Shown piece after piece: positions 23,995 to 35,118 of a stretch of DNA of 64,000 bases; positions within the stretch are counted from its first letter, which is position 1; the number at the start of each line of letters is the position of its first letter. The notes beneath the pieces were generated by a model. The model saw only the letters and a program-made list of their open reading frames with translations, did not search any database and was not told where the DNA came from. The stretch is from assembly GCA_043228905.1 (NCBI GenBank), contig JBHGNT010000011.1, forward strand, positions 13,578,001 to 13,642,000, given 5' to 3'. Made by a program: the position numbers and the translations under genes. This stretch comes from Azolla caroliniana (Eukaryota > Plantae > Polypodiophyta).

Positions 23995-25575
23995 TGTGTT
24001 ACCCGGCCGGAAAAGGAGTTAAAGACCAGAATGTGAAAGGGATTGTTATTCGGAATCTATTTTAATTAAGTAGTGAACGGACGGACCGGAATCGGTATTC
24101 CGATCCGGATCCGAACCAGTTCCGAACAGGTGCCAGTTGGCACCGTTTTGTACTCAACACCGGTGACCTATATAAAGGCTCGGTTACAATGTAAAACTTT
24201 AACGGAGAGTTAATATAAGCTTCTTGTTTTATCTTCACGTGTTGATTACCGTTCTGTAATAATTGTTATACCTTATGCATGTATTAAGTGAATGCCATAT
24301 TACTAAGTAGCCAATTAAGTCAGATTAATCGTTGTGTCTTAAGTTATCTCGTCGTAACACCCCATTGGTGAAGTGTCTTCCGTAGACACCCTGTATTAGG
24401 CCATTGTCCAGCCCTAAGGATTAACAAAGAACATGATAACAAGTGTTTCCCAATCTGATGATGTATTGTTCGTGGACTCAAGTGCCTCAAATCACATGAC
24501 AAGTCATCAAGAATGGTTCGTGAATTTGAGGGAACCTGAGAGACTTGGCGTGGTGGAGATTGGTGATGACTCCACACACATGATTGAGCACATTGGAGAT
24601 GTGGCCCTTAACAATCATGACAACAAGGGCTACATGAAGGATGTACTCCATGTGCCGACAATCACAAAGAATTTGGTCTCGGTTGGCCAAATTGTCGAAC
24701 AAGGAATGCAAGTACGATTTGACCAGGAAGGTTGCTTCATCGAGGATAAGAGCCAACGTATCGCTCATGCAAGAAGAGAAGGTCGCATGTTTATTCTTGA
24801 TGCGACTGAGGTGAACACAGCAATGTATGCAAAGGGACTCAAGGCTGAGTCTGATATTGAATTGTGGCACAAAAGGGTTGGCCATGTAAACCTCGGTAAA
24901 CTGCGATCAATGCAAACAAAAGGGGCTATGCACGGATTGCCACGATTTACTTCGAAACATCCTGATAATGTATGTGAGGTGTGCCAACTAGGCAAGCAAC
25001 ATAGGCATCCATTCCTAAGCGAAAGAAATGTGAGTAAAGGCTTGTTGAACGTCATCCACTCAGATGTATGGGCCCAGCTCAAACAACGACAATCGGTGGG
25101 TGTAGGTACTTCATTACCTTCATTGATGACTATTCGTGGCATACCTAGATATGCCCGATGAAGTTGAAAAGTGAGGTCTTCTCCCACTTTCTCAAGTTAA
25201 AGAATCACATGGAAATTGAGACGAATCGCAAGATTCGATGCTTACGGTCTGATGGTGGCCAAGAATACTTCTCAACCGAGTTCAATTCAAGACCTTTCTA
25301 GAAGAGAAGTGGATTCTCCGGGAATTCTCTTGCTAGTACACACCACAGCAAAATGGTGTTGCTGAGCGGAAGAATTGCACAATTCTTGAGATGGCCCGCA
25401 CCATGCTGCATGAGAAGAACATGCCGCCCAAGATCTATTGGGCAGAGGCAGCAGTTACGGTTGTGTATATCATCAATAGGTGCACGACCAAGGGTGTCCA
25501 TGACATCACCCCTCACGAGAAGTATTTTGGGACCAAGCCAGACCTTTCACACTTGAAGGTTTTTTGGCAACATTG

Positions 25576-28500
25576 TGTTGGAATTGCGGTCCCTTTCGGA
25601 TGGGATGGTCGGATGTCAATGCCGACGAGCCCGGTTTCGGTTTCGGATCCGGATGATGAAGACCCCGGCTTCGGTGCCGGATGACGGATGTACCCAGAGA
25701 GCGTTCCGGATGCAGGGACATATCCGTGAATATGTTCGCTATGGGCCCCTGAGGCTATAGTTGTAAATAGCCCAAAGTCATATAAGTATAAATATGACTT
25801 AGGGCAAATAGTTTTAGAGTTGCTGCTTATTTTTCTGTTTTTCCACTCAAGGGGAGTGAAGCGAGAGCAGCCGCGAGAGAGAGAGAGAGATAGAGCGCGA
25901 GAGACGAAGAGGTAGACGCCTCTGTGTATTTCCGCCGCCTGTGGCGAGGACAGCGAGCTCAAGGTCGTCGCCTTGCAGCTCGCCATTGTATACTTCTCTG
26001 TATAGTGTTTGGTTTGGAGTCTTGTACTCCCGTGGTTTTTCCCGTCTAGGGTTTTCCACGTTAATCCCTGTGTACTCGCGTTTTATTTTGTTTCTACGTG
26101 TGGTTCCTATTTTCTGCTCCATTGACCCGCGATTAATCGGTTGTGGCCGACTGAAGAAGGTGAATAGAAGGTTCGATTCCCAACAAACTGGTATCAGAGC
26201 GAGCTGTTGCAGAAAATGGAAGGCGGCGGCAGCGGGCAGCCGGGAATGATGGTGCTGAATGCGCTGAATTACGCCGACTGGAAGATCAAGATGGAGGATC
26301 TTCTGATTGTTCGGGACCTGTACGAACCGATTGACAGGTCGGAAATACCGAAAGGGGTACTTGAGTCGGAGTGGAAGCTCCTGAACCGGAAAGCCGTAGC
26401 GACGATCCGACAATATGTCGATGTGAGTGTCCTACAACATGTGGCGAACGACACCAACGCATATGAGATGTGGAAGAAGCTGTCGGGCCTCTACGAGAGG
26501 AAGAATGCCTTGAACCGGACCTCCCTGATGAGGAAGATAGTGAATCTCAAGTACCGGGATGGCGAGAGTATGGTGGAACACGTAAGCACGTTCATGGGAT
26601 TCGTGAACCAGCTTGCGGCGATTAAGTTCCCGTTGGAGGATGCAATGCAAGCCATCATCCTGATGTGTACATTGCCGGAAAGCTGGGAGAACTTGGTGGT
26701 GACTCTCAGCACCTCGTGCACCGAAGATAACTTGTCCTTACAAACGGTAAAGACAAGTATTTTGAACGAAGAAGCGCGTCGGAGAGATAAAGAACCGGCC
26801 TCCGACACGAAGGCGCTGCTTACCGAATCGGATCGGGGAAGACAATGGAACCGGAGTCCGCAAAGACGGGAGAAGTCGGGGACCCGGTCGCAGTCAAGAG
26901 GAAGGCCTACATGCTTCCACTGTGGGAAGCCGGGGCACTTCCGAAAGAATTGCCGGCATTACCGAAAAGACAACGGAGCCGACGACACCGACTCGAAGAA
27001 GTCACCGGAGAGAAACGGTGCATACCGGGGAGCCACGGACCGGAGAGGTTCGGATCGGCGAGGGCAGGATCGGAAAGGAACAACGGCACTCGCGGCAAGT
27101 GAGGAAGAAATCATGCTCATCACCGAAGAAGGTGAGCTAAACGTTGCCGGCGATGAGACGACCTGGGTGGTCGATTCCGGAGCATCGTTCCACCTGACCC
27201 CGGAGAGAAGATACTTCTCATCCTACACAGCCGGTGAGCATGGCTGTGTTCGGATGGGAAATGAAGGTACGTGCCGGATTGCCGGCATAGGAGACGTGTG
27301 GTTGACAACCCCGACCGGATGCAAAATGCTGCTGAAGGATGTCCGACACGTTCCGGAGGTTCGATTGAACCTGATTTCGGCCGGGAGGCTAGACGATGAA
27401 GGCTACACTGGTAGCATCCGGAACGGCGTAATGAAGTTCAGCAAGGGGAGCCTGATAGTGGCTCGGGCCCGGAAAGACAACACACTGTACCTGATGAATG
27501 CCCGGTTATGTCCGGAAGAGCTGAATGTGGCAACCGACACTGTCGGTGAGCTGTGGCACAAGAGACTGTGCCACATGAGTGAGAAGGGGATGAAGAGGCT
27601 TGCAGAAGACAACCTCATCCCAGTGAAGCATGTGCACCTGGAGAAGTGCACCGATTACCTGGCCGGTAAGCAGAACCGAACCTCCTTCCACTCAAGGCCA
27701 CCGACGAGACGTAGCGCACCATTGGAGTTGGTGCACACTGACGTGTGTCAGGTAGAGACGAAGTCACATGGCGGAGCCCAGTACTTCGTAACATTCATAG
27801 ATGACCATAGCCGGAAGCTGTGGACGGCACCGTTGAAGACAAAGGACCAAGTATTGTCTGTCTTCAAAGAACTCCACGCGAGAGTGGAAAGGGAATCCGG
27901 CAAGAAGCTGAAAGCGATACGAGCGGATAACGGAGGGGAATACCGGGGGCAGTTCCAGGAGTACTGTCGCTCGAAGGGAATCCGGCTCGAGTTTACTGTG
28001 CCGAAGACGCCGGAACTGAACGGGTTGGCCGAGAGGATGAACCGGACCATAATGGAGAGGGTCCGGAGTATGCTGGCGCATGCGAAATTACCCAAGGGGT
28101 TTTGGGCTGAGGCAATGTCGACGGCGACATACGTGATAAACAGATCACCCTCAGTACCTCTGGACGGAGACACGCCGCAGAAAGTGTGGACCGGTAAGGA
28201 AGTGTCCTACCGGCATCTGAAGGTGTTCGGGTGTCTCGCATACGTGCATGTGGCAAAGGACCGGAGAGGAAAGCTAGATCCAAAGACCCGGCCATGCATA
28301 TTCCTCGGTTACGGCGACGACGAGTTCGGCTACCGAGTATGGGACCCGGTCGACAAGAAGATATTCAGGAGTCGAGACATCATCTTCATGGAGGACAAGA
28401 CACTCGCCGACTGGGAGTCGGAGAAGAAGATGAAGAGCTCCAAGTCGACCGGTGAGGATCAACTCTACGAGGAGCAGTCCCGACCGGCAAGGGACCGGTT

Positions 28501-30909
28501 AGCACTCGAGGATCCGGCCGAAGACGGTGTAGAAACAGAACCGGCCGAAGAAGATGAAAATGATACCGGAACCGGCCCCGATCCCGAAATGGATTCGGAT
28601 GAAGAAGAATCAGAAGAACCGGTTACCGAAGCTCCGGAACGGAGATATCCTCTAAGAGAGAGAAGGGCCCCCCGGAGATTTCCGGAACCAGAGCACGTGC
28701 TGCTAACCGACGAGGGGGAGCCGGAGAGCTTTGAAGAAGCAAAACATGACACCCAGAGCCGCAGGTGGTTGAGTGCCATGCAGGACGAGATGGATTCCCT
28801 GCATGAGAACCACACATATGAACTTGTGGAGTTGCCGAAAGGAAAGCGGGCACTTCGAAACAAGTGGGTGTTCAAGCTGAAACCGGGAGATGCCGGAAAC
28901 CCCCCGAGATACAAAGCCAGGATCGTGGTGAAGGGGTTTCAGCAGAAGAAGGGCGTCGACTTCGACGAGATATTTGCCCCGGTAGTGAAGATGACCTCCA
29001 TCCGGACGGTGCTGAGCATAGCGGCAAGCATGGACCTCGAGGTAGAACAGATGGACGTGAAGACGGCATTCCTTCACGGTGACCTCGATGAAGAGATCTA
29101 CATGCAGCAACCGGAAGGATTCGAGAAGAAAGGGAAGGAGCACCTGGTATGCCGGTTGAAGAAGAGCCTTTATGGACTGAAGCAGGCTCCCCGGCAATGG
29201 TACCGGAAGTTCGACTCCTTCATGACCGACGAAGGGTACCTCAAAACGCAGTCCGACCACTGCGTGTTTGTGAAGAAGTTCGAAGGAGGAGACTTTCTAA
29301 TACTCCTCCTGTACGTGGACGACATGTTGATCGTCGGACGGGACCAGATCAAGATACGGATGCTGAAGAAGGCTCTTCACCGAACCTTCTCAATGAAGGA
29401 CTTGGGTCCGGCGAGACAGATACTAGGGATGCACATCATCCGGGACCGGAAGAAGAAGCGGTTGTGGTTGTCACAGGAGAAGTACGTGACAAAGGTGCTT
29501 CACCGGTTCAACATGTCGGAAGCAAGACCGGTCGGATCGACCCTCCCGGCAAACTGCAAGCTGTCCAGCAAGCAAAGTCCCAAGACAAAGGCTGAAAAGG
29601 AGGATATGATGAAAGTGCCGTATGCCTCAGCCGTCGGGAGCTTGATGTACGCCATGGTGTGTACGAGACCGGACATAGGATATGCAGTCGGAGTGGTGAG
29701 CCGGTACATGAGCAATCCCGGCAAAGAGCATTGGAACGCGGCCAAGTGGATACTCCGATACCTGAAAGGCACGGCAAACGTGTGCCTCCGATTCGGCTCC
29801 GGTAAGCCCGAACTCGACGGCTTCACCGATTCGGATATGTCGGCTGATGCAGATACCAGCCGGTCCACATCAGGGTATGTGATGACGTATGCAGGGGGAG
29901 CCGTTTCGTGGCAGTCGAGGCTGCAGAAGACGGTTGCATTGTCAACCACGGAGGCGGAGTACATGGCAGCTGTTGAAGCCGGCAAGGAAATAATATGGTT
30001 GAAGGACTTCATCAGAGAGCTCGGTATCCAGCAGGAGGAGTACCGACTCTACTGCGACAGTCAGAGTGCAATCCACCTTGCGAAGAACGCGGCCTATCAC
30101 TCCCGGACGAAGCACATCCAGCGAAGATATCACTGGATCCGGGAAAGGATAGAAGACAAGGAGTTCGTGCTGACAAAGATCCACACGGACGAGAACGGGT
30201 CGGATATGCTGACCAAGGTCCTCACACCCGACAAGCTGGAAGCATGCCGGAAGAGGATCGGATTGGAAAGACATCCCATGCCGAAGTGAAGGGGGAGTTT
30301 GTTGGAATTACGGTCCCTTTCGGATGGGATGGTCGGATGTCAATGCCGACGAGCCCGGTTTCGGTTTCGGATCCGGATGATGAAGACCCCGGCTTCGGTG
30401 CCGGATGACGGATGTACCCAGAGAGCGTTCCGGATGCAGGGACATATCCGTGAATATGTTCGCTATGGGCCCCTGAGGCTATAGTTGTAAATAGCCCAAA
30501 GTCATATAAGTATAAATATGACTTAGGGCAAATAGTTTTAGAGTTGCTGCTTATTTTTCTGTTTTTCCACTCAAGGGGAGTGAAGCGAGAGCAGCCGCGA
30601 GAGAGAGAGAGAGATAGAGCGCGAGAGACGAAGAGGTAGACGCCTCTGTGTATTTCCGCCGCCTGTGGCGAGGACAGCGAGCTCAAGGTCGTCGCCTTGC
30701 AGCTCGCCATTGTATACTTCTCTGTATAGTGTTTGGTTTGGAGTCTTGTACTCCCGTGGTTTTTCCCGTCTAGGGTTTTCCACGTTAATCCCTGTGTACT
30801 CGCGTTTTATTTTGTTTCTACGTGTGGTTCCTATTTTCTGCTCCATTGACCCGCGATTAATCGGTTGTGGCCGACTGAAGAAGGTGAATAGAAGGTTCGA
30901 TTCCCAACA
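25576..30909 (+). mobile_element. Element D: full-length, very young Ty1/copia (Tnt1/Tto1-like, Tork-type); 610-bp LTRs 25576-26185 and 30300-30909; TSD CATTG
   Basis: One visible LTR mismatch. PBS TGGTATCAGAGC (tRNA-iMet) at 26189-26200. PPT GAAGGGGGAG at 30288-30297. CATTG at 25571-25575 and 30910-30914. Confidence 0.98.
26216..30289 (+). CDS. Uninterrupted copia Gag-Pol polyprotein (1357 aa from the first ATG)
   Basis: CFHCGKPGHFRKNC, WVVDSGASFH, integrase HTD..ADNGGEY..NGLAER, RT QMDVKTAFLHG / YVDDML, RH DSD..TEAEY..YCDSQSAI. Confidence 0.97.
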   Translation: MEGGGSGQPGMMVLNALNYADWKIKMEDLLIVRDLYEPIDRSEIPKGVLESEWKLLNRKAVATIRQYVDVSVLQHVANDTNAYEMWKKLSGLYERKNALNRTSLMRKIVNLKYRDGESMVEHVSTFMGFVNQLAAIKFPLEDAMQAIILMCTLPESWENLVVTLSTSCTEDNLSLQTVKTSILNEEARRRDKEPASDTKALLTESDRGRQWNRSPQRREKSGTRSQSRGRPTCFHCGKPGHFRKNCRHYRKDNGADDTDSKKSPERNGAYRGATDRRGSDRRGQDRKGTTALAASEEEIMLITEEGELNVAGDETTWVVDSGASFHLTPERRYFSSYTAGEHGCVRMGNEGTCRIAGIGDVWLTTPTGCKMLLKDVRHVPEVRLNLISAGRLDDEGYTGSIRNGVMKFSKGSLIVARARKDNTLYLMNARLCPEELNVATDTVGELWHKRLCHMSEKGMKRLAEDNLIPVKHVHLEKCTDYLAGKQNRTSFHSRPPTRRSAPLELVHTDVCQVETKSHGGAQYFVTFIDDHSRKLWTAPLKTKDQVLSVFKELHARVERESGKKLKAIRADNGGEYRGQFQEYCRSKGIRLEFTVPKTPELNGLAERMNRTIMERVRSMLAHAKLPKGFWAEAMSTATYVINRSPSVPLDGDTPQKVWTGKEVSYRHLKVFGCLAYVHVAKDRRGKLDPKTRPCIFLGYGDDEFGYRVWDPVDKKIFRSRDIIFMEDKTLADWESEKKMKSSKSTGEDQLYEEQSRPARDRLALEDPAEDGVETEPAEEDENDTGTGPDPEMDSDEEESEEPVTEAPERRYPLRERRAPRRFPEPEHVLLTDEGEPESFEEAKHDTQSRRWLSAMQDEMDSLHENHTYELVELPKGKRALRNKWVFKLKPGDAGNPPRYKARIVVKGFQQKKGVDFDEIFAPVVKMTSIRTVLSIAASMDLEVEQMDVKTAFLHGDLDEEIYMQQPEGFEKKGKEHLVCRLKKSLYGLKQAPRQWYRKFDSFMTDEGYLKTQSDHCVFVKKFEGGDFLILLLYVDDMLIVGRDQIKIRMLKKALHRTFSMKDLGPARQILGMHIIRDRKKKRLWLSQEKYVTKVLHRFNMSEARPVGSTLPANCKLSSKQSPKTKAEKEDMMKVPYASAVGSLMYAMVCTRPDIGYAVGVVSRYMSNPGKEHWNAAKWILRYLKGTANVCLRFGSGKPELDGFTDSDMSADADTSRSTSGYVMTYAGGAVSWQSRLQKTVALSTTEAEYMAAVEAGKEIIWLKDFIRELGIQQEEYRLYCDSQSAIHLAKNAAYHSRTKHIQRRYHWIRERIEDKEFVLTKIHTDENGSDMLTKVLTPDKLEACRKRIGLERHPMPK

Positions 30910-32280
30910 CATTGCATTTGTGCATGTACCCAATGAGAAGCGGAGAAAGTTGTCATCCCCCCACTGTGTGTCTTCTTATTTTTCTGGTTATTCTCTGTAA
31001 TTCTTTCTCTTGCTTATACATTCACTCTCTCTCACACACACACACACTACGTTTCTGAATACTAAACTCTACTAGAGTTAGATTCTTTACACCAGTCACG
31101 ACCTAGTAAGCACCATGCCCCTATGCAAACCTACCACTTCGTTAGACTAATGTAACCAAGTCTTGGTTCCAATGAATAAGATCACATTTTCTCCAAGTAC
31201 TTGAGGAAAAGAAGAAGATGGGGGTAAACCTACTATGAGTAGCTCCATTGAAAGTAGGGATACAAGTGGTCGCTAGAGCCTAGATTGTTTCTAGAAATCT
31301 ACAATGACAAGAACAAGAACTTTCCAAAGTAATTAAATTTAAACGTAAGGAAAAAAAGTCATGGTGAGGTTAGGTTCACACAAATTAGTTTTGTTGGCAT
31401 GGGATACGTCAAAAGTAGAGAAGTTGATGATAGTTTCTCTTGAGAAATCTATAAATGAATTACCAAAACAACTCCATCTGTACCCAAACCCCAGGCAGAA
31501 GCTCCAAAAACCCCATGAATACACCAACCTTCTCACGCATAAACAAGAAAAGAAAACAATTTGTGAGATCAATAATTTTGACTTGATAAACTCCATGGTG
31601 AAAAACCCTTAAAGAGCACATTGACATCCCCAAATACTTCAACCAAGAATTGAACCCACACACACCTATTATTAGGTTTGTAGGAACAACCCAACACCCT
31701 AAGCTAATGCTACACACTTTACTATTTTTTAACCTTCTGCAACAACTCTTGAACTTATAGAGTACACCTACCTCTAGGATACATTTAGAAGATCACCAAC
31801 AAGGCCAGTTTTAGAGTTGCAAATGTTGCCAGTTAGGAACACGGTCTATGGTTAGTCCTTCGACCTAGACCTCCAAGTGACTGTGTGACAACAAATGGTA
31901 GCGTCTGTGCGTAATACTTAGTGGGATACTTCCCGTAACCTAGCAACATATAAGGGAGACAGCTACAACCGAGCTCCTTAGACATTGGGCTAGCACACAC
32001 ATCGTTACTCACTCCTACGCTCTTTAAGAATTACAGACACACAGTAGATTAACCACAGCGCCACACAGATATCAGGGAAGATAGAACTCTATTACGATAT
32101 GCCTTTTACATTCCAAAATTACACGCTAGCTCTATCAGAGGTATTTTGCCCTTTATATACGCAGGCAGGGTCTTTTAGCCGTTCACGCTTCCCGCATGAA
32201 CTGTTACATGCGTTACAATATTATTCTATTCCATATTACTGTGCTCTTGCCCGTCGGTTACTATTCCGGAGGACAACACC

Positions 32281-32324
32281 TGGCACACCTGTGGGACAGT
32301 GCCATGGCACGTCGGACCCATCCC
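32281..32324 (-). promoter_or_regulatory. tRNA-Arg(UCU) 3'-end-like motif at the PPT position of element E
   Basis: Sense GGGATGGGTCCGACGTGCCATGGCACTGTCCCACAGGTGTGCCA, ending 2 nt before the 3' LTR. Confidence 0.75.
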
Positions 32325-32325
32325 T

Positions 32326-34778
32326 TTAATCTTCCTCCAAAATGGCTTTGATGTTTTGTTCTACTATGGTGTCCGTGTTTGGGGACGGCATAGGGCCCGT
32401 AGTCGCGTCGTTGTGTGGTTCCCCTGCTTGTTCTGGAGGGTTGCTCATGGTGTCGTGGTCATCCTGTGTGGGTGGGTCAGGTTCTGTGGACTCTTTGTGG
32501 GCTAGGGGGTTTAGATCAGTCATCTACGGGCTTGCGGTAGGTCGTAGTTCTGTTTTGTCTGTCACTTCCCCCGTGATGTCGGCCGCCGTTGTATGCTCTG
32601 GGGAGTGGGTTTGCGGTTCCTCTTGGTCCGGGTCGTTCTCCATGTGGTCAGCCATAAGCGTATGCTCCGGTGGATGGGGTTCCACTTGGGCAGTGGTTTC
32701 GTTGTCTGGTATTGCGGGGGACTCCGCTTGCCATTCCGCGTTGTTCACCGTAGTGGTAATTTCTGGTGACATGGCCTGAGGTTCCTTTTGTTTGGCAGTA
32801 TCCGGAATTGGTGTTGCGATGGATTCCTCGTTTGTTCGCGTGTTGCCGGCTTGCATGATATGGTGAAACAGGTCCTCCTGACTTTCGCCAAAATCATCTA
32901 GTAGTTATGCGAGTTCTTTGGAATGTTGGTCCACTAGCGTGCGATAGTCCTGCGCTAGGTCCTCGCGTATTGCCGCAATGCTTTCCTCATTGAGTTTATA
33001 GAAGCCTCGGTCGTCTTTCCTCCGGTTCTCCCAATCCGCTCGATACATATGCAATTCTGCCGCTTGTGTAGCCCACGCCATCCATCCTTTGTCTAGTGCC
33101 GTTTTTAATTGTGCCGTAAACCTCTCCCAATTTGTTTGTAGAAGGATACGCACGTTGTCTGTTATGGCTTGGCAACGGTTGCATGCTTCTTCTACAGATT
33201 TCTTGAGGTTTGCAATTTCTTGCTGACTAACTGCCGCCGCTTCCTCATACGTGTTCCTCATACCTGCCCACAGCTGGGATTCCTTCGCATGTAGTTCTTC
33301 CAGTTTTCCCATTTCATTGTTCAGGCGGATTTCGAACTGATGCCTTCTCTCCTGTTCTCCCACCAGCTGCTCATCGAACCATGCTTTCTTTTTCTCTAAT
33401 AAGGCCCAGAGTCCCGTGATTGCCGCTTCTGATTTTTTCTCTTCCTCCCGTAATTGGGCGTTTTCTTCTTTTGTCCGGGTGTGCTATGTTGTCTCCACTG
33501 CGAGTTTTTCTTCAAGGGTCTTCACTACCTTTCGGCCGTTGGTGCGGATGTCCTTTTCTCTGTCCGAGGACTGGCGAAGTTCAGCGCGGAGGCGGTCAAT
33601 CTCTGATTCCGCTAGTTGTACGGCCCGTTTTGCTTTTGAGGCAATGGCGGTTTGAGCCTCAATCTCTTCCCTCAGGGCTTCGACGGCGTTGTTTGGTGGT
33701 GGAGCTGCTTGTTGCACCGTAGTCGTGTTATTTTCCAACTCCGTGATGCATTCATTGGCTTTTTGCAGCTTGGCCTGGGTCAGTTTAACCTTTTTCCAGA
33801 CATTTTTATTTTTAATGGCCATCTCCTTGGCACCGAACTCATGGGTCGTGTCCGGAATATCCGAATACGCTAGGACCTCGCTTTCTGCCGTCAATACGAC
33901 TTTCCCTCGTTGTGACTGGGCCATAATGATCGGCCGTGGTTCCCAGATTATTTCGAAGGTGGTGTTAGGCTCCGTAGCTGCGGAGCTGTTGCCTACGATC
34001 ATTGTCTCCGCAGCCACGAGTGCGTCTTTAACTAATCCTCACCCATCTTTCTTGTCCAGCCTCCGCCTTTTCGGCCTGGGGCTTTCTTGTCGTGGTTCGG
34101 TGTCGCTTCCTCGGTCCGCGTCGCCTGCTCTTCCTGTGTTGTTCGCGTGTTCGGTTGGGCGGGTTGGGGTTCATCCTCCCACTTTGTGGTGGCTAACTCC
34201 GCTAACCTTCACTTCGCGGATCGAGGCGGCGGCGTGGGCCTGCTAGACTGCGGTGCCAACAGGCCTCAGGGTGGGAATAGTGCTGTCAAGTACCGTTGTA
34301 TGATAGGCCTGAGCTTTTTGCCTCCTTGATATGCGGGCAGGCCTTCCCTTAACATCGGCGCCGTGATGACCCCCCAATCGACCGTACGCCCTTCAAAGGT
34401 ATCAATGATGATACCTGCCTTCTGCTTGGGCATCCCATATGCGTTTACATGTATGCATCGAACCTCTAATAAGAACTTGGAAATTTCGCGGAAAAAGGGA
34501 TCCGGGATCTCCTTCGTTCTATATGCCTTGGCGGATGACGAATATGGACCGAAATATCTCTACAACGACTCCGCAGGAGGGATTTCAAAATGCCTTTCAC
34601 CTAGTGATGACAGGTACAACTTTTTCCTAATGGATGAGTTGGTGACCATGTCGATGTTGAGCTTTCTGGCGATGTCCAGTGCATCCGGGTGTGGAGGTGC
34701 CTCCACGACCCTGATGTACCCATCCAGGTCTTTCTCCACGAGCCATCGACGCAAGGCGGTAGAGATGAATATCAGCAT
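32326..34778 (-). pseudogene. Extra 3' ORF of element E
   Basis: MLIFISTALRRWLVEKDLDGYIRVVEAPPH..YFGPYSSSAKAYRT..FFREIS, then coiled-coil ORFs 33484-34017 and 32905-33363, ending ILEED*. Confidence 0.75.
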
Positions 34779-35118
34779 AGTCAAAGTAGGCTCGTCGGGT
34801 GAAGATTGTTGGTTGTGGTGGGTTTGAGCTCTGTGATAGGATGGAGAAGAAGGTGAGGAAGGGGAGCGATGAGAGCATTGAGATTTAGGAGGTTGATTTC
34901 TGTATTGTGTAGAAAACCTTCTATTTCCTTCTTTTTGTGGCCTAGGGTTCATTGGTCAGTGAGCCATCGTGGTGCCGCATGTTCTTGGTCTAGAAGTGTG
35001 TGCATGCCTTAAGTCCTTTTAATAGCGTCGCTATCTTCTCCTTTTTTTCTTTTTCTTTTTCTCGTAACGGTTACATACAAGCCTATTTTTACACTATAAT
35101 ACAAGTGGGGCCGTCTAC

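Larger units (their letters stand above)
12623..24426 (+). mobile_element. Element B: non-chromovirus Ty3/gypsy (Athila/Tat-related) with a 3' extra ORF; LTRs 12623-13072 and 23997-24426; TSD AAGAA
   Basis: TGTTAC..TTAACA LTRs of 450 and 430 bp. AAGAA at 12618-12622 and 24427-24431. Short PBS TGGTGACCAC at 13080. gag-PR-RT-RH-INT order. No PPT. Confidence 0.95.
8320..30951 (+). pseudogene. Old Ty1/copia gag-pol split into four pieces: 8320-8604, 12426-12622, 24427-25575, 30910-30951
   Basis: Gag SGLARKYGSFRTTITIRENLPSFFDLQSMLMVEE, then CWYCGKHGH. Reads across insertion B as MFVMRHRAKN|MITSVSQSDDVLFVDSSASNHM (protease). Then LWHKRVGH..CEVCQLGKQ, integrase core, and GNI|AFVHVPNEKRRKL across insertion D. 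No LTRs, RT or RH remain. Confidence 0.9.

Noticed and set aside
26269-30710. Many alternative-frame and antisense ORFs over element D
   Set aside because: Expected shadows of a GC-rich long ORF and of duplicated LTRs; no motifs.
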